DNA of 64,000 nucleotides from Vicugna vicugna (GCA_013265495.1 MU058384.1:5514792-5578791); one strand, 5' to 3'; shown: positions 50,731-62,419, counted from the stretch's first letter. Numbers and translations are program-made. The notes: generated by a model from the letters alone, not told the origin.

Positions 50731-51159
50731 TTGAATCGCCCATGTTAAAGTTTCTCAAAGCCTGTAGCTTTAAACATTTTCAAGACTAGAGAAGTTGATA
50801 GTAAAACATTTCTTCTGAAATTCCCTATAAGGAAATGAAGTCCATGCGAAGAGCCTGAGGGCAAAGAAGGGAAAGGGTTAAAAATGGTTCAAAACAGCAA
50901 AGCTGGGATTGTTGGATCACCAGTGCTCATTTCACATTTTTCTGATTTTTATCTCTAAAGATGACTGATTTAATGTCCATCTTCCCTCCTAGCCTGTAAA
51001 CTCTGAGAACAGGGGACCATATGCGTTTAATCAACACTTTTTGTGTGATACCTGGCATACTTCTGGCTTATAGCGGATGCACAGTAAATATTGTGTGGCT
51101 GTCTAAAGAGGCAGAGATGAACAATGAACATTTCAAGGCAAGACGTGTGTCTTTGATAA

Positions 51160-51390
51160 CGTCGATAGTTACCGTTTATCAAGCAACCGCTGAGCGCACA
51201 GGATTGCGCTAGTCGTTTTGCATGTATTAGTTTACCCTTCTTTAGAGTAGGTTTTATTACCTTCATTTTACACATAAAGAAACTGAATCTCAAGAGGTCA
51301 AGTAAGAGTCATAGCTAGTGCGTATTTTTACTGAAACCCCCGAACTCTGAATGCAAAGCCCATGACGTAGTTTCTATCATACCTTATATG
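51160..51390 (-). mobile_element. MIR SINE
   Basis: CATTTTACACATAAAGAAACTGAATCTCA...GTCATAGCTAGT...TCTGAATGCAAAGCCCATG. Confidence 0.65.
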
Positions 51391-51627
51391 TTTGGTTTTA
51401 GAAAGTCAGTGACTTTTCAGGCAGCAGTGAACCTCCTCACAGTGGCTCAGTCATCTAGGAAACCCAGAGCTTCTGTAACACCTTAATAATCCTTTTAGAA
51501 GGATTCCTGGCATTTGGCTGTGTCTGTGTATGAAAACACCCCTTCACACATAGGGCTGCTCTTTCCACCTGGAAGTGGGGAGACCTACCACACATGATGT
51601 AACAGAGACTAAGAGGCAGGTTGTCTT

Positions 51628-51767
51628 CTCTTTCGTATTTTAATTTAATTTGGGGGAGGTAGTAACTAGGTTTATTTACTAATTTATTTAATGGAGGTAC
51701 CTGGGATTGAACTCAGGACCTAGTGCATGCTAAGCAGGCGCTCTACCACTTGAGCTACACCCTCCCC
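51628..51767 (-). mobile_element. tRNA-derived SINE (vic-1-like)
   Basis: The reverse complement reads GGGGAGGGTGTAGCTCAAGTGGTAGAGCG...GAGTTCAATCCCAG. TSD GAGGCAGGTTGTCTT (51613-51627) / GAGGCAGATGGTCTT (51769-51783). Confidence 0.9.
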
Positions 51768-54417
51768 TGAGGCAGATGGTCTTTACTCTCAGAATTCCTT
51801 AGTGGTTCTGCCAACCAAATTCTGAGGACACCAACACCAATTCTGCAGGAATTCAGAAACAAAACTTACTTTGCCCGAGGATTGTTTCTGTAGTAGTCAT
51901 ACCCTGAGAGTGCTTTTAGACTCAACTTCAAAATCCCTTTAAAAAGCCAGGGTGACACGGAAGGAACTCGCTTGATTCTGTCACACTTTATTGTTCATCT
52001 CTATGCTCACGCATTCATTCAACAAATACGTATGTGGCCTCAACTATGTATAAGACGCAGAGCTCCATTTAAATGTGGTAATTTTGACTCTCCAGTCATC
52101 ACAGTAAAACTAGGAAGGTTAAAACATGTTGTTTTGGAATAAATATTTTGGGTGCTTATATCTTTGCACCAAGTTGTACTATAAGAAAGCAGTTCCTTTC
52201 CTGTGGAAACATTTGGATGAAGCTTAGTCATAGAAATGCATAGACCTTGAACTTGGATGTGATTCATCACCATCCAAATTGATATATAAGTGTCCCCTGG
52301 CTACATAACAAGTCACATGTGTTCAAAAACATTCCCATAGTATCTGACATAATATCTGCTAATTTAAATGTAATAGGTTATCTCTGCTTTTCGAGGTTTC
52401 TTAGACTCTGCTGCCCATTCTATTAACAGAATTTCGCTTCTCCTGCTCTGCTCATCAGAGTGCAGGCACTGACATAAAGAAACAAGGAAAACGCCAACTT
52501 CCAGCTGATTTTAAATGAGATATTTTTGTGGGGACCCCCTTTAAACAAAGACCAACTTCCCTTGACCTTTTTGCCCAGCTGCCCTCCTAAGATGGCAACT
52601 TGGTCTCCAGTTCACGATTCATTACAGATTCAAGTTCAAGTAGAGAATGCACTCAAACAAGGGATGAAAGCTCATTACAACTATACCTGCAAGGATACGT
52701 CACCGCAGTTCAAAGTCTATTAGAAAGGTTAGAACTTGCCCATAAAAATTTAGCTTCAGGCTAAAATATGATATAGGAGTTTCTGGTCCATAACTAGCTT
52801 AAAATCAGAAAACTCAATTAGGTACTCCTAAATGAAATGGCTGTTAATTGGCAGAGAATTGCATTTTGATGTTTTAAAACTTCTTGCCAAAAGCTTGAGA
52901 CATTTTAATGTTTGAAAATATAGTGTAGCAATTAAAGTAAGAAATCTGAGAAGTCAATTTAAGTCCAGCTTCCATCCACCTCCCTGACAATGGGAGACAC
53001 TTCTTCAATATTTCTGCACTGGTGTTTCTCTAAATGGAAAACGGTAATGATATTTACCTTTCCCCAGAAGGTGTCAAGGAGCTAATTTAATGACTCTAAT
53101 CCTCTTTTCAAGTTTAATAATGCACTCTTCTATAGAAATCCTTCCACCTCCCAGGTCCTCTACGGTAATTGAGCACAGGTCTCCCCAGCCCCTCAGGAAA
53201 CAGGAACCTCTGTGCAACTCTTATTCTTGTCTGTCTGCAACAAGAAAGGGATTTTTCCTTTTGCTAATTCCCAGCAGAAAGGGGTTGGTGCCTCAGAGAC
53301 AAGAAAAGATTTAATAATTTTACCCACTCAGGTTTGGAATGGAGCCCCCACTTTCTAGATGTGTAGATTGTTTTCTTGTTTGTGCAGTGAGGGTTGCTAA
53401 TTGAGAAGGATGAACAGGGTAGCAAAAAAAGCACCCAGCCAATGAGTCCAACCCTAGACCGACCCACTGGCCAGCCCTTGGGAGCCCTCCCAATCTGGGG
53501 AGGTCAAGTCCATGCAGGCAGGAACTTCCCCTCCCCCTCATGCAGAGAAGCAAAGGAAGTGGATTAGGGAAGTACGCTTAGACACTGCTCAGGGGAAGAT
53601 GCTCCAGGAATGAAGCGCATTTTCATATCCCAGAATATAGTGTCAGGATTTCCCAGCCAGTAGCATGGCTTTCCTTTTCCTAAATAGTTTTCATAATGAT
53701 TTCTAATATGAATTTGCTTATTTAATGGGAATAAAATATGCCATTCTGTCTTTCTTATTAATACTCCAAGGAGCAATAATAGTCAAAGCCCAGAAAGCTT
53801 ATTAAGACTAATACCCAAATGTGGTTAAATGCGTTAAAAAGCCTTGGTAAAGAATATGCACTATTGATCCCACTCGGAGTCTTGGCTTTTGCAGAGGGTC
53901 TATTAAGGCGCAGCGTGTTATCAATGCAAATTAGTCCCCAGGGCACAGTTCTCCTCTCCTTAAAATGAGGTGGCATGAAACTGAGGCTGAAATATTCTGG
54001 AAATTGCTGAATAATTAGAGCCTTCCCCCCTCCACGTTTTATATAATTTACTTATACGGAATTTTTGGTATCTGGTGTCTCGTGCAAACAATAGTTTCCA
54101 AATTGGTTAATAGGGTACAATAAAACATACTTTTTCACAATATCTCAAAATATTGTATGTTCCTCCCTAGGGTCCCAATGCAGACAAATAATAGACACTA
54201 GGTCAAATTAAATGCAAATACCTTATATAAATGAATCCTAATAATCCAGCATTTTGTTTATCAGGAAAACTTCTAGACTATTCATCTATAGAACCATCTT
54301 TCCCTATAATTAATTATTATAATTTTATTCCCTGAGGAGCAGCCCATCAGAAATATTTTTAAGCATTTTCTGCTTGAGAGCACTAAATCAGGTTCAGATT
54401 TTTTTTCCCTCAGTAGA

Positions 54418-54630
54418 TGTTTTAAATTGAGATGAAATCTGCATAATATAAAATTAGCATTGTAAAGCGTACAATTCAGCAGTGTTTAGTACATCTAGTG
54501 TTATGCAACTACCACCTCGATCTAGTTCCAAAATACTCTCATCACCCCAAAAGAAAGCCGCCGTACACATTAGGAGATATTTCTTATCTCCCTCAACCCC
54601 CATCCCTGTCCCCAGCCCCTGGTGACCATC
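54418..54630 (-). mobile_element. Old L1 (L1MB-like) 3' fragment
   Basis: TTTAAATTGAGATGAAAT...GTACAATTCAG...CATCACCCCAAAAGAAA...CCCAGCCCCTGG. Confidence 0.7.
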
Positions 54631-54995
54631 AAGGTTTTGATTGCTTTAAAGCTGATTACAATCAATCAGAGGAAGAAATTTCTGTCTTTACCACGGGAAC
54701 TGAAGGAGTGACCTGAACACTGGATAAATATGGAGATCCCTGGGCCTTTGTTCAAAGATTCCAGCACAACCAGTCCTGGAGTATCAGCCTAGAAGCCATT
54801 TCTCTGGCCCTCTCAACACCCTAGGGAGCTTTTTCTACCCCTAATAAATAGCTGGACTATCAGTCTAGTAGGGTGTTGGAGGTGTGAAGAGAAGTCCCCT
54901 TTAAGAATTTTCTTCTGATGGAAATGGCCAGGCAAGGTGCAGGGGGATCAGGCCAGATCAGGGCAGGGTTTGGAGAAGAATGCAGTATGTCTACA

Positions 54996-55129
54996 TAGGT
55001 GTCCCTCGGTATCCCAGGGGCATGAGTTCCAGGACCCCCGGAGATACCATCCGTGGATGCTCAAGTCCCTTATATAAAATGACGTAGTGCAGTCGGCCCT
55101 CTGTCTTCACAGATACACAGGGCTGACTG
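54996..55129. mobile_element. Tigger-derived MITE fragment (MER2-like)
   Basis: GTCCCTCGGTATCC...TTCCAGGACCCCC...GGATGCTCAAGTCCCTTATATAAAATG...GGGCTGACTG. Confidence 0.75.
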
Positions 55130-55185
55130 TGTGCACGAGTAGAGATGTGTGCAGTGAGGAAGCTTCTGCTGGGGTGTCCCATTGA

Positions 55186-55235
55186 GAAGGAAGGAAAGGA
55201 GGAAGGAAAGAGGAAGGGAGGAAGGAAGGAAGGAG
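55186..55235 (+). repeat. Degenerate (GGAA)n purine tract
   Basis: GAAGGAAGGAAAGGAGGAAGGAAAGAGGAAGGGAGGAAGGAAGGAAGGAG. Confidence 0.85.
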
Positions 55236-56454
55236 GCAGGGACGTAGGTAGGTGTGGTACTCAGTGTACCTGTGATCAACTTTTGACAGAAGGGGAGCTG
55301 GATGCTCATTTTTATCAGGGAGGAGGTAGGATAGACAGGTGTGAAAGCAGGCTGTGGATTTGGCGGTGGGGACGTAAGGCGCCTCTTGACTGCTGTTGTC
55401 TTCAGCTTTCTTTCAGCAGCACAATACATGATTCTTCGCTGAGAGTGGGTGGTGGGTGTGTGGGAGTGTGTGTCTCCTCCAGAGAGAACGGGAGAGGCAT
55501 GAAATTGCAGAGAATGTCAGCGAGCTTTCTAGAGCAGCTGAGTGAGTCTCAGGGCTGTGCCGGCGGGCAGCTGCCGGTGGTAATTACGAATATGCTGCAA
55601 TTCCAGGTCAGCCGGTTGTGGAATTTTCGCTGCAGGCCCATCTCCCCAGTGTAGCAAAGAGAGTGTGGGAGCTTATCTGTGGTCCAGGCTCGCGGGAAGA
55701 GAGAGGGGTGCGGGCGTGAAATCATCTGCGAGGGAAAATGTTCAGACTCCCTCAAAAATGCAGAGAACTTACAGAGAAACGACTTTCATCATGGTGGAAA
55801 ATGATAGGAACGGATTAAGTGTTGCCCTCACCCATGACTCTTCCTCTACTTCATTCCCTGCTCAGCCCGATCACAAATATTCCTTTCCCACAGGGTAAAT
55901 GTGTGATGGCCTTTAAAAGTGGACTGATCATGAGAAGACAACTCACACAAGGACTAAAACAAATTGATAACAAAAATATGAAAAACGCGTCAGCCTCCCT
56001 AGCAAAGAAATGAAAACACATTTGCTATAATGCAACTAGCTCTTTCTTTGTTTCTTACACTGGAACCTCCACCCTCTCTGCCCTGAGCAGGGGGAATGAG
56101 TGACTTCTCTGATGAAACTGAATTTTCCCACCTTCAGACTCTTTTTCTCCTGCCTGTTTATAAGAACCAAACTATCTGCAAAATACATATGTCCTGCTCT
56201 GCTCTGTGTCTCATGGCAAGAGGCCTGCCCCAGGGAGGTGGGGAGACTGGGGACCAGAACTAGCCTAGCTACATCCTGTGATCACGTGGATAAATCTGTT
56301 TAACTCAGACCTGATGAATTAACAAATCCAGTTGGCCACTGATGTCAAACCAAATTTTCTAAATATATCCATAATAAAGCTGATATTTGGTTAAAATTTT
56401 TTTTTGAAAAAGGAGTTTTCTAAAGAACTATTGCTTATTGCCCAGGACAGAGCT

Positions 56455-56979
56455 CAGAGCTTTTTTAAGCTTCTCAGTTCGTGGTGCCCTTAGTGTCTCA
56501 GTAATTTCTTCCTGGTACTCCCCAGCCCAGAGAGATACCTAACAATTCTATTTATTAAGAAGTTAGGTCCAAGCAACTGAGTAAATACTTATGTTCTAAC
56601 AGTTTACTAGAGGTTTGGATAGAAAAAAGAGCATTATTTGAAAAAAGAAATAATAGCCATTTTCTTCTTAAAGAGTCACAATTACTTACCAATAGGATGT
56701 GTGTGACTGGCCCTACACAGCTTCAGAAATCTTAGAATCAGATAAAATTACTTTTCATCACAGGAATCCTTAAAAAACAGCTTTGCAAAGATACGGCATC
56801 AAAAGAAATGCAATGTGATCTCATTTTGAAACTGAGCTCCCTTGGGTTATTGGTTCGTATTCTATTCAACAGATGCTGATATTGCTGTGTTTTCCTAAGA
56901 AATCTGAATCATTCTCTGGCATTCCTGTGGATGTGTTGGTGTGTCCCAGGGTGCTGTGGTGTACAGTTTGGAACCACAG
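56455..56979. mobile_element. MER119 (hAT-Charlie)
   Basis: GGTGCCCTTAGTGTCTCAGTAATT, CACAATTACTTACCAATAGGATGTGTG and CAGCTTTGCAAAGATA, ending CAGTTTGGAACCAC. Confidence 0.7.
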
Positions 56980-57950
56980 ACCTGAAGATGAGAATTCTAT
57001 TTCAAGTTTGACATTCATACCATTGTGCCCTCCTGCTTTCCCACCCCCATCATCATGGGAAAGATGGTGATGATATTGAACATGGACAAAGGTCACAGGA
57101 AAAACAAAACAAAATGAAACAAAAAACAGACCAAGCACCTCAGAAGGACAGAGAACATCACCATTATGGAGAAGGTAAGCAAAGACTAACACCCCGTCCC
57201 AGACCAGCCTTCCAGAGCCAGGAAAGACATGGGGCACACAAAAAGGGGGTCACACTGAGTCAGAACTACTGGTTCGAGGTCCCTGGTGATGATGCGTCTT
57301 CTCCAGTTCCTCAGAGAAGAATAGAAGACTGTATCCCCTGGAATACTTGTGTCCCCTCTTCTGATCTGTCTCAGGAGGGCAGGACAGTTGAATGGAAAGA
57401 ACATGGGTGTCGGGATGAACGAACCAGGTTTCAAAACGAGTTTTCTCGTTTGCTCATCTACAAGTTTGTAATCTTGAGCAAGCAGTTCCACCTCTCAACC
57501 AGCTGTTGCTGCATTTGATGAGCAAGTTATGATACCACCTGCCTCGGTGGTATTGAAGGTTGAACGCGGTGATATATCAAATCGGTCTCACACGATAAAC
57601 CCTTACTGTCTGGTGGTGATTCTGACATCATTGTTATCATTTTTCAGAAGGAAACAAACAAACAAAAATTCTCCTTCTACAAAAGCAAGTATTAAGAGGA
57701 GAAAAAGCAAATAATCACCAATTTTTATGACAATTATCAGGCTGTTGCCTTCCTAGTTTATCATCACGGAGTAAATAGCAATAATTAGAGGCAGATCAGG
57801 CTTAGACAACCCACCAAGTGAACCAATGGCACTTTAGGCTTAGTGTCTCATTTTCTAAAAGCAAAGACAGTGCAGCTTTTTCCTCTGGGGTGAGTGCTTA
57901 GATGATTTCTGGGTTCATGCAGCTCCTGGGGTAGAAAAGGAGTTATAAAA

Positions 57951-59752
57951 ACCAGAGGTTAACTTTCCAGGCCTCCGACTTGCACAGGTGCCTTTCAAGA
58001 CGTTGAGAGAAACCCTAGTGATGTGTTCACATGATCATATGTTTTTGTAAAGTTTGTTAAGGTGATACACAGTTGGCTTTTATTATTTGCAATAATTACA
58101 CAATTTTATAAAGTCACCATGAAAAACGAATTAGTGAATATTAAATCATTGCTCCTGGCAGAAGTAGAGGGTGAGGTTTCTGCGAGCCCCTGATCACATT
58201 TTTGTCACCTGATCAGTACACAACTTTATTTTATATGTTTCTGTTTGAAGATGTATTATTTAACATATACTGTTGATCCATTGACACTGAACTCATAGCC
58301 AACAGGCTGTAACTCCTGCCTGAATGAAGCTTATTCTAAATGTATTTTCTCCATAAGGCACATCACAGCTTTCTTCAGCTCAGGAACACCAGATAGCACT
58401 TTGACACTGCTTCAGGGTCATTGCAAACAGCAAAATCAACAAGGGGCACAAAAATGCAAGAAATGTAGCCCTGAACAGACTGGAAAAGGACACTTCTTTA
58501 CAGTCTGAGAGAGATAGAAGTAGGGCGTCGTCGTTGTCAGCCTCAGCTTGGAACTTGCACATTGGATAACTCAGATTTTTCGCTTTTCTGTATGCCTAGG
58601 AATCACCGTGGAAGTGCTGCAAATATTGATTATGGGTTACACATAAATTTTAGTGAGTCGGCAAATTCGCAAATGCTGACTCCACAGATAATGAGGATCA
58701 ACTGTACATTTACTAGAATTGTTAAGAACGCTGTATCTGTCCATTCCAACATCAAGATTTCTTCCATCAGATTTCCTCTGTTGCCTGGTGGAGTTAAGAG
58801 TGACCATGTGGATCGTGATGATGCAGCCAAAGAGAAGTTCAGTTGGGGATACATTTATTTGATTTTACCAGTGTATATTTATGTGGGTTCCAGTCACTTC
58901 CATGTTGTTAATGCTAGCTGTCTCGGGGTAGGAATGGCTTCTAGGAGTAGCCGCCTGTCTACGGGAAAAGCCCAGCCAGCCTCGTGATATAAAATATGAG
59001 GGCCAGAGGCTGTATCATTCTATGAATGTTCCCTTTGGTACTTGGCATCACAGTCTACTGACAACGAAAGAGAAAAGATGTTCGAGACACAAGGAACCAG
59101 AAGCTAGTCTATGGAAAACTCTTCCAATCATCAGATGTTTAAAATTTTAAGAGGAAGATTCACTTCTTACTATATCTTGTCAAATTGGAAGTTCCCTCCT
59201 GTTAAGAGCATTCTTGATAGTGGCATATATGCAATCATAATAAAACATATTTCTTTGTCTTTCTTTTTATTGATAGTTATCATGTGAAATAGAATTTATC
59301 AGAATTCCTCCCTTTGTGAAACACAAACATTTAACAATATTACAAACTGAGAACTTCTGTGAGAAGTTGAATCTCATTCATCCCAATTATCAACAATAAG
59401 GAATAAATTTCAATCAAACATACTAGCAGATCGAATTATCTTCTATTTTCTTCATGAGAAATTATTTTGAAAAGCCATTATCACATGAAGAGACAAGTGA
59501 AGAGTAGGCAGCCCAAAATATAAGAAAGTATTACAGAGACGTGCCAAGCAGCTAATTAGTAATAAATATTGTATTGTTTTTCTGGATTTCTGTGATGTTT
59601 ATGATATATGTTATATTTTCAAATTATAATTTGTTGAAATTTCTAATTCTAAATAGGTATTTAATTTTATAACTACTTTTATGTACTTTTTCTTGAAGAT
59701 GATCTACAAAATTGTATAACCTTAAGGTCCTCCAAAACATGGACCCATCCCC
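57951..59752. mobile_element. hAT-Tip100 element remnant (Zaphod/MER115-like), interrupted by MER82
   Basis: Right end TTTTTCTGGATTTCTGTGATGTTT...AAAATTGTATAA...CCAAAACATGGACCCATCCCC resembles the Zaphod/MER115 terminus. 59387-59434 translates as LSTIRNKFQSNILADR, resembling the hAT C-terminal dimerisation motif. Left boundary uncertain. Confidence 0.55.
58070..58704. mobile_element. MER82 (TcMar-Tigger MITE), near full length
   Basis: TIR-like ends CAGTTGGCTTTTATTATTTGC...GATAATGAGGATCAACTG followed by TA. Internal CATTGCTCCT and GCCTGAATGAAGCTTAT blocks. Confidence 0.8.
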
Positions 59753-60211
59753 AATGTGAAAAGTTTCCTCAGAAAAATATCTTTACTACAATGTGTCCTA
59801 AAAGGGTAAGAAGCAAAATGGAATCTAACAAACACCTTCATCTCTGGCAACCTTTCCACCAAAACAATGTGCAAACATGTTATGAAATAACCTTCCAGAG
59901 AAGTCACCACCCACCGCACACCAGTGAGCAGGGGCCTCAGGGACACTGGGGGCAGGTGGTATGCTCGTATCCAGGCAGGTGCTCGCCCTGAGGACCCAGC
60001 ATTCCACAGGTGACATCACTTTCTTTAGTCCCCTAAACTAAGCAACCCGGAAAGTCATTTTACAACTGTTTTTTTAAAAAAGAAATCTATCCACTTCCTT
60101 GAAATATGCTCTCTATGTGAAAACAAAGAGCCACAGTTGTCCAGCAGCTGTTATTCAGAGATAGGTAAGTAGATAGTTAAGGGGATGGTTGGGTGGTTGG
60201 ATGGGTAGGTG

Positions 60212-60237
60212 GATAGATAGATAGATAGATAGATAGA
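60212..60237 (+). repeat. (GATA)6 microsatellite
   Basis: Perfect tetranucleotide run preceded by a degenerate (GGAT/GGGT)n stretch. Confidence 0.9.
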
Positions 60238-60533
60238 ATGAGAGAGAACTTGGGCAGATGTTAAATGGTTTTGTCTTAGATGGAATTCAACATTTTCCCC
60301 TCAAAACGTCCTAATTCCATAAATCTTCTGATAGATCTTCTGATTGTACCACGTGCCTTAAATACTGCTCCTTGCATTAGCCAACTTGGCATTAGAGAAA
60401 TGCACTTAGATGCTCTGGGAGCACAAACAGCTGCTCTAACCTTCACTTGCTTCGTTAAGTGACAAAAAGCCTGCAGGACTGAGTTATGATCCTAGAAGAT
60501 GCTGTCACTCAGCTCACACAAGTAAAAACTTTT

Positions 60534-61023
60534 TTTTTTAATTGTGAAATGTATGTTTATTCTGATACTTCTGATCAGCTGTATAATTAATCTAAGACAA
60601 ATTACCAGAAAAATTTTACATTCTCTCTTCAGGACTGTGGTTTTTCAACAGCTTCAAATTTGGGCTCTTCAAATGTGAAGTTGGGGAACATATTCATGTC
60701 TGCTTTGCCATACATTTGCTTAAGCTTAAAAAGCTCCCTGTCCAGTTCTTGCTGATATTCTGCGCCAGTATCAACAGGTCCTGCAGATGTCTGTCGCTTA
60801 TTTCTATATTCTCTAATCTTGTCCACGAAGAGCTTCTAAACAGGATCAAGTTCCTTATTAAATGCCACTGCTGTAACACCAATGTTCCTCCTCAAAGAGA
60901 CCGAGACTGCGGCCTGAAGGACAGAGGAGAGCCTGAAGAGCCTCTGAAGGATCATGGTGATTCTGTTACTTGCACGAAGTCCCGAGCTGCCAGAGCCGCC
61001 GCCGCCGTCCTACTTCCGGCCCT
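60534..61023 (-). pseudogene. ATP5PF: Processed pseudogene (retrocopy) of ATP synthase peripheral stalk subunit F6 / coupling factor 6
   Basis: Minus-strand 60955->60629 translates without introns or frameshift as MILQRLFRLSSVLQAAVSVSLRRNIGVTAVAFNKELDPV*KLFVDKIREYRNKRQTSAGPVDTGAEYQQELDRELFKLKQMYGKADMNMFPNFTFEEPKFEAVEKPQS* (108 codons), which is recognisably mammalian F6. TAG at codon 40 (60838-60836). GC-rich 5' UTR at 60956-61023, AATAAA at 60561-60556, poly(A) remnant at 60530-60539, TSD AGTAAAAACTTTT at 60521-60533 and 61024-61036. Confidence 0.97.
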
Positions 61024-62419
61024 AGTAAAAACTTTTGAAAGAGAGAGGTGAAAGGTTCACGGGAGAGGATGGGTGGGCAGGAGTGGGGAGCAAGGGGCAG
61101 TGACAGTGGCAGAGAGGGACGGGGATGGTGAGCACAGTCAGAACAGCAATGGCTTTTTGGAGAAGCCCGGGGGGATGCTGGTGAAACAATGGGGGCAAGC
61201 GACCACTGTCAGCCTAACTGCTGAGGCCAGAACCCTAGGGGATTCCATCTGGACTTAATCTGCAGCCCCTGAAGGAGCAGCTCAGCCCATATCATTGTCC
61301 AGAGAACATCTAGAAGCTGAGGCAGGAGGCAGTACTGAGCTATTTGTCTCAGTGTTCTTTGATCCAGAATATTCCAATTACATAAGACACCCATTGTGTG
61401 GCCCTAGAATTTGTTGTTCTTTCTGGTCCTGGTCTACTTAGGGCCCTTCCAATTGGACAGTGACCAAAGGAAAAAACCAGGGATGGTGACGGGGTCTATC
61501 TGGAAGTCTGATCCTACCACATGCGGAGAAGTGGGAAGTAAGAAGGAGGTGGAAGGTGACCTTGGCCTGTTATTTATGAGTAAGGAGCAAATGGGGGTGG
61601 AGGAAGTGGGAGAGAGGATAGGGAGAAAAAGAAAAGAAAAACATTCAACGTATCAGCCTTCTGTGGCTGTGATTGACACCAGTCTCAGAATGAAGCTGCT
61701 GTTGGAATTTTCTGGGGCCTCCTCCCTTCTGGCACTGGAGAGAAAATTCTGGTCTTATTTTAATTTTTTATAACTTTTTTAATACATTCAGTGTCAGTAC
61801 AATTCTTTTCCGTTAATATCTATATCTTGTCTCCTGGAGAAGCAAAGAAGGAGAAGAGAGAACGGTGGGGACATGGCCTTCCTCAGGTCCGACATGGTCC
61901 TGCTCTGATCACTAGAACATTTCTGGGGTAACATACAGAGAAAGAGAGGAAACTTCCATTTTCTCCCAATTTGGGATCAGCTTCTGGAATCAATAATACG
62001 CTATGGGGCCAAATGAAATTTGATTTACAGATAAAATAAATTTCTACCAATGAGGAACGAAGTACCTATCAACCGTCTCTTTCTTTTTAATACGGTGCAC
62101 ATGAAGTCTTATGTAACCTTGCCATTTTATCCTGACTCCATCTGGCAAAATGAAATATATTTTGTGAAAGAGAGATTCATTTTAAGACAAAAACATCATT
62201 TTGGTGTTTGGATCAGTCAGCCAATGTACTAGTGATCATATAATTGAGTAATTTAACTTGCCACTAAAATAACTACCTTTGTTTACTTGTTGCCATGATG
62301 CTGGGCTAAATCTCATACTGTGTCATCATGATCTTCTAAGTACAAAAGAGAATTGCTCCTCTATTTGGCCCTTCAGGGTTAAAAGTCACAATGTGATTGT
62401 TTAATATACATTGCACCTC

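Noticed and set aside
54809..54882. Possible pre-miRNA hairpin (CAACACCCTA...TAGGGTGTTG)
   Set aside because: Only the outer ~14 bp pair. The interior does not form a continuous stem.
55145..55654. Longest ORF (169 aa)
   Set aside because: It runs through a (GGAA)n tract and a GT-rich low-complexity stretch, with no recognisable domain or exon structure.
60629..60826. 65-aa ORF 'MDKIREYRNKRQ...' as a functional short ATP5PF
   Set aside because: It starts at a GTG (Val44) downstream of the premature stop and lacks the presequence. It is simply the distal part of the pseudogene.
60521..61036. Possible NUMT (mitochondrial DNA insertion)
   Set aside because: ATP5PF is nuclear-encoded, and the poly(A) tail, TSD and L1 endonuclease site show retrotransposition of an mRNA.
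60716..61051. 111-aa plus-strand ORF
   Set aside because: An antisense shadow of the ATP5PF retrocopy, with a non-ATG start and no recognisable protein similarity.
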